NCBI GenBank assembly: GCA_009380005.1
Contig: WHSQ01000006.1
Span: 967-64,966 of the forward strand
Origin: Actinomycetota bacterium
Lineage (GTDB): Bacteria; Actinomycetota; CADDZG01; WHSQ01
Length of the DNA: 64,000 nt
Reading direction: 5' to 3'
The translations under genes were made by a program, and so were the position numbers. The notes under the pieces are model-generated. The model did not search any database. It worked only from the letters and a program-made list of their open reading frames with translations, and had not been told where the DNA came from. Below are positions 41,538 through 48,131 of this stretch, one piece after another; position 1 is the stretch's first letter; the number at the start of each line of letters is the position of its first letter.

Positions 41538-41629
41538 CTAGTGGGGCACTCTAGTCCCGGGTCGAGCCGCCGCAGGGACTTTCCAAGGCGAGCGTTTCGC
41601 GACCTGCGCCCTGTAAACTGGCGCACCTG

Positions 41630-41706
41630 GGGCGGTTGGCTCAGCCTGGTAGAGCGCTTCGTTCACACCGAAGAGGTCACTGGTTCAAGTCCAGTACCGC
41701 CCACCA
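41630..41706 (+). tRNA. tRNA-Val (anticodon CAC), with encoded CCA
   Basis: Hand-folded cloverleaf. Acceptor is GGGCGGT/ACCGCCC and D arm is GCTC-AGCCTGGTA-GAGC. Anticodon arm is CTTCG-TTCACAC-CGAAG and T arm is ACTGG-TTCAAGT-CCAGT. Discriminator A is followed by CCA. Confidence 0.92.
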
Positions 41707-41838
41707 GTTCTGAAGGGCCAGTGCCGAGCGAGGTGTTGTCCTCGCCCAAGCCTCGGCAGCACGGTCAAACAACCCGAGGCGCACGATTGAACATTTCGCA
41801 GCCCGGCCGGTAGCGGTGCAATAACCGCGAAGAGTTCT

Positions 41839-42309
41839 TCATGGGCGGCTCCGGCGGCGCGCGCGATATGACTCAAGGGCCCAACCGCCGAGCGTGAATG
41901 CAGGAATGGTCAGGATGATGATCGCGAACAGACCGACTACCGTGGCTCCCACTGGATCCTCCGTCGTCCACAACGGGATGCCGATCGCGAGCCCTCCTGC
42001 AACCACGAAGAGAAGAGCGCCCGCGGCAAGGGGCTGCATCCTTGAGCCCCACGCCGTGAGAACGGCGAGGGCCGCAGCCACAACCAGGACTTCGACGGTG
42101 AACACGACCTTGACTCCCAAAGCGAAAGCGGGGCTGACCGTGGTCGTCGGCGCGTCCTGGATCTCCCGCGCCGTCATCAGCTGGAAAATGGCGATGTCGC
42201 TTCGTTTCGTCCTACCTGTTGCTTCATCTCGGCTCGAAGCCACTTTAGGAATCATCACAGGTCCTATCCGACAAGGCCTCGCATCTCGGCGAGCAGGTTC
42301 GAATAGCAT
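41839..42309 (-). CDS. Hypothetical small membrane protein (three predicted TM helices)
   Basis: The hydrophobic C-terminal 110 aa are plausibly coding. The first ~45 codons have poor GC3, so the true start is probably the internal ATG near 42177. GC3 looks lower than in core genes. Confidence 0.4.
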   Translation of the reverse strand: MLFEPARRDARPCRIGPVMIPKVASSRDEATGRTKRSDIAIFQLMTAREIQDAPTTTVSPAFALGVKVVFTVEVLVVAAALAVLTAWGSRMQPLAAGALLFVVAGGLAIGIPLWTTEDPVGATVVGLFAIIILTIPAFTLGGWALESYRARRRSRP

Positions 42310-42350
42310 CCACTTAGGCCCACGATCGGATCAGGACGGCTGACGGCCCC

Positions 42351-42812
42351 TTACGAGCTCTGGCCTGCCTTCGCGCTTTCGAAAGCGGCGGTGAAGTCGC
42401 CCACCTTCTCGAGCTTGGCGCATTCAGCCTGCACGACGGAGCCATCGTTGAAGCCGAAGCTCACCTTGTTCACCACGCCCTTGTCCACATCGAGCGAGGC
42501 GACCTGGTCGAGCGAGAACTCGCCGACGAGATCCTTCGGCTTGCCCATGAACGTGAAGTCGTAGATGAGGAGCCGGCGATCGGTCAGCCCGACGGCGGAC
42601 CTGACCATCGGCCAGCTCGCGGCGATGGAACCTTCGGTCTGCTGAGCGCTGCCCTTCTTGGCCTGACGGTCGCCGACCACCGCGCCCACGGCGCCGCCGA
42701 TTCCCATCGACATCGTCGAGCCCCGAGGCATCGTCCGGATCGCCCCCAGCAGCCGTTCGCCGGGTTCCAGGACCTCGCCGGCCTTGGGTTGAAGCTTGTC
42801 TGCGTAGCCCAC
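42351..42812 (-). CDS. Bacterial PH-like (bPH/YokE-like) domain protein
   Basis: The GTG at 42812 is preceded by a GGAGAG Shine-Dalgarno. The sequence pattern (GLTDRRLLIYDFTFMGKPKDLVGEFSLDQV...VSFGFNDGSVV) is typical of small actinobacterial PH-like proteins. Confidence 0.6.
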   Translation of the reverse strand: MGYADKLQPKAGEVLEPGERLLGAIRTMPRGSTMSMGIGGAVGAVVGDRQAKKGSAQQTEGSIAASWPMVRSAVGLTDRRLLIYDFTFMGKPKDLVGEFSLDQVASLDVDKGVVNKVSFGFNDGSVVQAECAKLEKVGDFTAAFESAKAGQSS

Positions 42813-42914
42813 GATCTCTCCTCTCTCGGCAACAGCTAGGGGAGCCTGTCTTGCTAGAGGACACGAGTCAATGGGGTTCCCCCGTCGGGGGTGAGCGGGG
42901 GGAAGGAATAAAGT

Positions 42915-43102
42915 CTGCTCGATGGCGCGCCCGAGCAGCGCGGCCGGCGGGCTGCCGTGCATCGCGTCGGGGTCCAGGGTCCCCGGCACCAGTCGCTCGG
43001 CTGGTAGCGGCGATCGTCGATCGCGGTGAAGAACGCCTCGGTCACGGGGGGCAGGTTAGCCGGATGGCGGCCTTCCCCCGCCGCTGAAACCCGTCGAACC
43101 AC
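42915..43102 (-). pseudogene. N-terminal stump of a thioesterase (4HBT_3 / acyl-CoA thioesterase-like) gene, with a 1-nt frameshift
   Basis: Frame A reads VTEAFFTAIDDRRYQPSDWCRGPW and frame B continues DPDAMHGSPPAALLGRAIEQ. Restoring one G in the run at CCCTGG-GACCCC joins them into the family's conserved GPW-DPD-xHGxPPAALL motif. Similarity ends at an AT-richer breakpoint near 42910. Confidence 0.6.
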
Positions 43103-43160
43103 CTTTCCGGCGGCCCGGCCCTTGTAGCAGCAGGCTGCGGGGCACGCGTCCGGGCTGTTA

Positions 43161-43203
43161 TTCGTTCACACCGAAGGTCACTGGTTCAAGTCCGGTACCG
43201 CCA
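43161..43203 (+). repeat. Displaced copy of the tRNA-Val 3' half (att-like direct repeat)
   Basis: TTCGTTCACACCGAAGGTCACTGGTTCAAGTCCGGTACCGCCA matches tRNA positions 41658..41702. The differences are a 2-nt gap in the variable region and one A-to-G change in the T stem. There is no 5' half, so it is not a gene. Confidence 0.85.
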
Positions 43204-43267
43204 TCACGCAACAGCAGGTCAGAACGCGTTGCTCCACCGTAGCGAGTGCGTTCCGCCTTCAGGCACC

Positions 43268-43306
43268 TGGCAGGATCCTGCCAGGGGCGATGGCAGAGTC
43301 CTGCCA
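43268..43306. promoter_or_regulatory. Two tandem inverted repeats TGGCAG-N4-CTGCCA (operator-like)
   Basis: TGGCAGGATCCTGCCA (perfect 16-bp palindrome, 43268-43283) and TGGCAGAGTCCTGCCA (43291-43306) are 23 bp apart start to start. They lie about 90-125 nt upstream of the 43393 start. Confidence 0.55.
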
Positions 43307-43392
43307 CATTCCTGCAACCCACTTCTCTTGGGGAGCATGTGGGGGTAAACCAAGGGGCCAGCTTGTCCTCAGACGATATCGAGGGAGCGACG

Positions 43393-44466
43393 ATGGCCGA
43401 TAAGAGCAGAATGAGGGACGTATTCCGCCTGCGCGACGGTCGGCCCGATACGACGCTCGAGGAACAGCTACTGAACGAATGCGGGGCCATGCTTCGCCAC
43501 GCATCGGCGGCCGGGAAGAGGATCGCGCCGGCCGCCGCAGAGGTATTGAGCAGACTCATCGCCGATCGTGCGAAGCACGATGAAGGCTCGACCGACACGC
43601 CATGGAGGGTCACTAACCCCGGCGATCTCAGAGACCTGGCGATCACGCATCATCTGCTCGCTCGAACCGTCGCTCCGGCAACCCCCCAATCCATCACGGT
43701 GCTCAACGAGGAGAGACCAGGGAACAAGATCTCAGAGCTCTTGGGACCGGTCCGATTGGTGCGGTGGATGATGGTCCTCGCACTGATACTGCTGGTGGCC
43801 TTCTTGATCCTGCTCGCAACTCAAGACGTGAAACCCCTCCAAGAGCTCACCGACGGAGAGCAAGGGACGACCTCATGGGCGACGAACCTTGGGAGCGCTC
43901 TCTACGTTCTTTGCGCCGCCGGACTCGGGGCGATCTTTGCCAATCTCTTCAGAGCGAACTCTCGTATCGAAAGCGGGGTGTACGACCCGAAAGAGGAATC
44001 CTCGTATTCCGCATCCATCGTGATGGGCATGATCGCCGGCGTCATCCTGGCGCGGGTCGTGTCCGGCAACGTTCAGGAACTGGACAAGCTGACTCAACCT
44101 CTACTCGCCCTCCTCGGCGGATTTGCGGCTCCGGCGGTACACCGGGTCCTCACCCGCATGGTTGAAACGATCGAGGCGCTGGTTCAGGGCAGCGGGACCG
44201 AGCAGATCAGTGCCCAAGTCGAGGCGGCCGCAGCCCGGGCGGCGGCGAGCGCCGAGATGGATCGAGCAAGGCTGACGGCAGCAGCCATCAGGTTGCGAGA
44301 CGACGCCGCGGCAGAGAACCTGCCGGAGCCCTTCCGGACCAAGCTGACTTCTCTGGTGGGCGAGCTCCTTCCGATCGACGACAGCATCAATTCGTGGTCG
44401 GAACCAAGGGCTCGAACGACAAACGGAGCCGGCGCATCCGCGGACCAAGGCACGAACACGAGCTAA
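43393..44466 (+). CDS. Hypothetical membrane protein (soluble N-domain, about four TM helices, Ala-rich coiled-coil tail)
   Basis: The ATG at 43393 has a GAGGGAG Shine-Dalgarno. TM segments include LVRWMMVLALILLVAFLILLA and LGSALYVLCAAGLGAIFANLF. I recognise no family motif. Confidence 0.6.
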   Translation: MADKSRMRDVFRLRDGRPDTTLEEQLLNECGAMLRHASAAGKRIAPAAAEVLSRLIADRAKHDEGSTDTPWRVTNPGDLRDLAITHHLLARTVAPATPQSITVLNEERPGNKISELLGPVRLVRWMMVLALILLVAFLILLATQDVKPLQELTDGEQGTTSWATNLGSALYVLCAAGLGAIFANLFRANSRIESGVYDPKEESSYSASIVMGMIAGVILARVVSGNVQELDKLTQPLLALLGGFAAPAVHRVLTRMVETIEALVQGSGTEQISAQVEAAAARAAASAEMDRARLTAAAIRLRDDAAAENLPEPFRTKLTSLVGELLPIDDSINSWSEPRARTTNGAGASADQGTNTS

Positions 44467-44676
44467 AGCGCCGAGGCACGCCGCGTGAGGAACCCCAGAT
44501 GTTGTACAACCGTCGAGTAACTCCACGGGCCTTGATGGGAGGTTGCGATCCAGTCGCCGGGTCAGGCAGCGGGGCGGTGGGTCACGCTAAGGCCGTTCCC
44601 CGAACCCGCGGAAGAGGTCTTCGGCGCGGAAGCGAACGCCAAGCTGTACGTCCTGCAGGGTCTCAGGCCCGGCTGG

Positions 44677-45546
44677 GTGCCGGCGGGGCTCGTCTACGAG
44701 TACGACCCGGCCGAGGACACGTGGGTGAAACGGGACCCGATGCCGCAGCCTTGCCACCACGCCGCGATGGCGGCTCTGGACGGAGCGATCTACCTCTGTG
44801 GGGGCTTCGAGCTTCCCGACGGTGACGAGCCGGCATGGAAGCCGACCGACCGTGTCTGGCGCTACGACCCGGCGGCCGACACGTGGCATGCGCTGGCATC
44901 GCTGGCGACGGCGCGGGGCGCGGCCTGCGCGGCCGCCGCGAACGGAAAGGTCTACGTCATGGGAGGGGCGGCCCAGCTTCCGGATGACCCCAGCGCAGGC
45001 ATCCACCCCGTCCGTCCCCACCGGTCGCTCGCGACCGTGGAGGAGTACGACCCGGCAACGGACACGTGGCGCGAAGTTGCTCCTCTGCCCACGGCGCGCA
45101 ACCATGCCGCCGCCGCTTCGGTGGGCGGCCGGATGATCGTGATCGGTGGGCGGCTGGCCGGCGCGTTCATCACCGCGCTGCCTGGGAACACCGGGATCGT
45201 CGAAGAGTACGACCCCCAGACCGACTCGTGGAGCCGGCGATCTCCTATGCCCACGGCACGCAGCGGCATGGCGGTCGCGGTGCACGATGGCAGGGTGTAC
45301 GTCGCGGGGGGCGAGGTACAGACGGAGGAGTACCTTGCGAGCTTCCGCGCGTTCGAGATGTACGACGTGCGAACCGACACCTGGCACCGGCTTCCACACC
45401 TGCCCGTGCCTCGTCATGGGCTCGCGGCGAGCGCCGTAGGGGGACGGATGCATTTCGTGAGCGGCGATCTGCAGTCGGCGATCGTTCCGCGTCCGAACGG
45501 CGTCGTCGTGCACACCGATGTCCATCACGCGTTCGAGCCCGGATAG
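44677..45546 (+). CDS. Kelch-repeat beta-propeller protein, start unresolved and possibly a pseudogene
   Basis: Blades are of the type YDPxxDxW...P.P..R...A......G.(I/V)YV.GG. The homologous frame is open from 44536 and encodes blade 1 (RWVTLRPFPEPAEEVFGAEANAKLYVLQG). There is no ATG/GTG/TTG before 44677 and no signal peptide. Confidence 0.65.
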   Translation: MPAGLVYEYDPAEDTWVKRDPMPQPCHHAAMAALDGAIYLCGGFELPDGDEPAWKPTDRVWRYDPAADTWHALASLATARGAACAAAANGKVYVMGGAAQLPDDPSAGIHPVRPHRSLATVEEYDPATDTWREVAPLPTARNHAAAASVGGRMIVIGGRLAGAFITALPGNTGIVEEYDPQTDSWSRRSPMPTARSGMAVAVHDGRVYVAGGEVQTEEYLASFRAFEMYDVRTDTWHRLPHLPVPRHGLAASAVGGRMHFVSGDLQSAIVPRPNGVVVHTDVHHAFEPG

Positions 45547-45685
45547 CCACACATCGCCATGTTGCCGCATCGATGCGGAGCCGCTTCCATTCGCGCGCGC
45601 CGAGGGCTATCGTCGCTGGGGGAGGGTGCTATCGCCAGAGCCGGGACCCTCTGCCCCGGCTTGGAGAACGGATGGGAGGTCCGAC

Positions 45686-45910
45686 ATGTCCGAGACCCCT
45701 GGTGATCTCGATCCGGAGGAAGAGAGGGTACGGGAAGAGCAGGCCAAGGCTCTGGTCCAGGCCTACACGGAGAAATTCGGCAGCGCGCCGGAAAGCGTGA
45801 AGCACGCGGTCGACGCGCTCGCGGCCGGAGAGTTGGACAACCTGCCGTTGACGTCGGACGGCAAGATCGATGTCGTCGCGTGGAACGAGAGGCAGGAGCG
45901 CTCCGGCTAG
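45686..45910 (+). CDS. Hypothetical 74-aa acidic protein
   Basis: The ATG at 45686 has a GGGAGG Shine-Dalgarno. The sequence begins MSETPGDLDPEEERVREEQAKALVQAYTEKFG and GC3 is high. Confidence 0.55.
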   Translation: MSETPGDLDPEEERVREEQAKALVQAYTEKFGSAPESVKHAVDALAAGELDNLPLTSDGKIDVVAWNERQERSG

Positions 45911-45989
45911 GTCGCAGCGACGACCTTGAACGGGCGGGAGGCGCAATAGACGCGGCTGGGCGGCTGTTGGCGGCGCCGAGGAGGCATCG

Positions 45990-47456
45990 GTGGGCTTGAT
46001 CGAAAAGGTAGGCGACAACGTCTCGGGCTGGACCGAGCGTCTCAGCGCCCGCGCCAAGGCGCTGGCGGGAGCCATGCTGGTCCTGTTGGCGGCCGCGTTC
46101 CTCTTCGCCGGGAAGGAGATAGACCTCGCCGGGGTCCCGTTCGAATCCGCACTGGCGGGTCTCGCCCTGGTCATGGCCGTCGTCTTCGTGGGCGTCGTCG
46201 TGTCGGACCTGCGAGGACCTAAAGGCGAGGATCTCGTCCCCGCTCCACATTCGATGGGAGGAGCCAACCTCATCGGTGTCCAGGTCGCGCGGACCGAGAT
46301 CCTCTACGGCGCGATCAAGGTGACGACGGCAGACCTCACGACGCTTCCGAACGACGACGAGGCCGGGGCGATCCTGGCGTCGATGCGTTCCGTCGCCGGC
46401 AGCCCGAAGAGCATCTACGAAGAGACGGTCAGAGCCATCGTCGAGCTCGCAAAGGACGATCGAGTCCCCAAGCCCCTGCACGGAGTTGGCGTCGGTGTCC
46501 CCGGGGTCGTCAGCGCCGCGGACAAGCAGATCGTGGTATCCGCGGGCCCCTTCCCTCCCAAGGAATCATTCATCAAGAAGCTCGCGGGGCTGCTCGTGGA
46601 ACGCGATGCCGCGCTCATGGAGTCGGCGTTCAAGGTGGACCTGAAAGGGGGGCCCGACGCGCTGGCGGCCAAGTTCTTCCTCGATAACGACATACGTTGT
46701 CTCGCTCGCTACCTTCACGCACGTCGGCAACCGGGTTGGAACGACTACGCCTGCATCTGGGTAGGAGACGGCGTCGGCTCGGCCTTGGTCCTTCAGGGCC
46801 AGCTGTACTACGGAGCGAACCTGAGCGCCGGAGAGTTGGGCCACGTCGTCGTCCACCTCGACAACGAGGTGCAGTTCACGCCCAGGAACCCCGCCTTCAA
46901 GCCATTCACCATGAAGGTCGACGACTGTGCATGCGGGAAGAAGGGGGCTCATCTCGAGGTGATGCTCAGCTACGGCGGCATCGTCAAGCTCGCCGAGGCC
47001 CTCGACCCCGGCCGGTTCGCCGACCTTGGACAGGCGTACGCGCAGGATGGGTCGGACGGGAACCTCGATCACACGAAGCTCCTGGCGGCGGCCGGGTTTT
47101 CGCTGGACGGATCCGACGATCCACCCACGGCCGTACAGGACCTCCTCTCTCGTCAACAAGATCCTTATCCCCCGTACTTCGAGGAGCTGCTCGACCAGTA
47201 CTCGACGCTCTTCATGGTCGGAGTGGCCAATATCGTGAACGCGATCGACCTGGACCATGTGGTGATCTGCGGCCCGGTGGTCGAACGGCTGGATCACCTG
47301 GGTCTTCGTCAACGCATCGAGCAACGGTGGAACCGCTACGTCCTCAAGGAAGGAGGCGTCGGAAGGCACTTCGACTACGACGTGGCGAAGTCCGCCTGGC
47401 GCGGTGCCGCTCTACTTTTCAGAGACGCGAGCTTCCCCCCGCGCAGACAGTCGTGA
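45990..47456 (+). CDS. Membrane-anchored ROK-fold protein with degenerate kinase and zinc motifs
   Basis: Two N-terminal TM helices precede ROK blocks (GVGVGVPGVV, NDIRCLA, GDGVGSALVLQGQLYYG, GELGH, CACGKKGAHLE). The phosphate-1 motif is replaced by LIGVQVART. There is no winged-helix domain. Confidence 0.7.
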   Translation: MGLIEKVGDNVSGWTERLSARAKALAGAMLVLLAAAFLFAGKEIDLAGVPFESALAGLALVMAVVFVGVVVSDLRGPKGEDLVPAPHSMGGANLIGVQVARTEILYGAIKVTTADLTTLPNDDEAGAILASMRSVAGSPKSIYEETVRAIVELAKDDRVPKPLHGVGVGVPGVVSAADKQIVVSAGPFPPKESFIKKLAGLLVERDAALMESAFKVDLKGGPDALAAKFFLDNDIRCLARYLHARRQPGWNDYACIWVGDGVGSALVLQGQLYYGANLSAGELGHVVVHLDNEVQFTPRNPAFKPFTMKVDDCACGKKGAHLEVMLSYGGIVKLAEALDPGRFADLGQAYAQDGSDGNLDHTKLLAAAGFSLDGSDDPPTAVQDLLSRQQDPYPPYFEELLDQYSTLFMVGVANIVNAIDLDHVVICGPVVERLDHLGLRQRIEQRWNRYVLKEGGVGRHFDYDVAKSAWRGAALLFRDASFPPRRQS

Positions 47457-47501
47457 CCGGCTCTCATCGCTTACGGCGTACCCGTACGGTCTTTCGCGCG
47501 A

Positions 47502-47642
47502 TCACGGGGGAAGGCGCCGACCGCGGATACGAGTGGATGGGACGGCTCCGAGCCCGTCGTGAACCCTCCATGGTGCTCGTTCGACCATTGCATCGGCGCG
47601 CAGAAGTTGTTCGTGCGAGGCGTGGAATCCGATGTCTGCCAT
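47502..47642 (-). pseudogene. Possible N-terminal stump of an LLM-class (F420-dependent, G6PD-like) oxidoreductase gene
   Basis: Hand translation gives MADIGFHASHEQLLRADAMVERA..., resembling the M-x-x-IG(Y/F)-x-x-SHEQ start of that family. The frame then decays and stops after 46 codons, abutting the 3' end of the ROK-like gene. Confidence 0.3.
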
Positions 47643-47812
47643 CGGCAGGCTAGTTAACCCCCAGCGCCGCTGGCCATTCGCACGATCGGGGCCGGGAGGC
47701 CTGCAATGGGCAGATCGCCCGGCTTGTCCAACCTTCTCGTGTTACGACCCCCGAACTTGGCGCCACGGTTTATCCTCGACCGCGGTCCATCCCTCGAGAG
47801 AAGGAGCGATCC

Positions 47813-48034
47813 ATGAGAAAGCCCTTGGTCGCGGCGATCTTCGTCGTGCTCCTCGGTGCGGTCCCGGCCGCCGCCCATCCCTCCGAGCAGCGCAATGAGA
47901 ACGGCTTCGGAGGCGGACCTCACTGTCACGTGGTGGTGGCGGGTCAGTCGAACCCCGCCTACCCCTCCCACACGGCACACCTGGCCGCGGGGAACGACGT
48001 CTTCGCCGCCATCCCCGACGAGGACTGCGCCTGA
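47813..48034 (+). CDS. Small secreted His/Cys-containing protein (73 aa precursor)
   Basis: Strong GAAGGAG Shine-Dalgarno and a signal peptide MRKPLVAAIFVVLLGAVPAAA-HP. The mature ~51 aa contain five His and two Cys. Confidence 0.65.
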   Translation: MRKPLVAAIFVVLLGAVPAAAHPSEQRNENGFGGGPHCHVVVAGQSNPAYPSHTAHLAAGNDVFAAIPDEDCA

Positions 48035-48131
48035 ACGGCGGGTAGGGCGGGATCCTCCGCTCTGCGAAGGAGCACCGAGTCTGCGTGGGTTCGTCCTTCC
48101 GTTGTAGCCCCTAACGGGTCAAGATAGGCGG

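Noticed and set aside
38767-41813. Very long ORFs (848 aa on minus 38767..41313, and 849 aa on plus 39264..41813). Similar cases are 20689..22743, 6377..8113, 1059..2045, 26189..27457 and 55203..56384.
   Set aside because: They run antisense or out of frame to genes with unmistakable homology (uvrA, patatin, polA, CrtI-like, livH, rpsA, GH13). Their translations are Arg/Pro/Gly/Ala-rich noise typical of stop-poor frames in very GC-rich DNA.
44537-44560. GGTTGCGATCCAGTCGCC as a third tRNA T-arm relic (a second att site).
   Set aside because: Only about 11 of 21 positions match the tRNA-Val T-arm region, and there is no flanking anticodon-arm similarity. This is consistent with chance.
45565-45578. 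Perfect 14-bp palindrome CCGCATCGATGCGG, 19 nt after the Kelch stop.
   Set aside because: It is a single occurrence with no T-tract and a very short potential loop. It could be a weak terminator or chance, and there is not enough to call a site.
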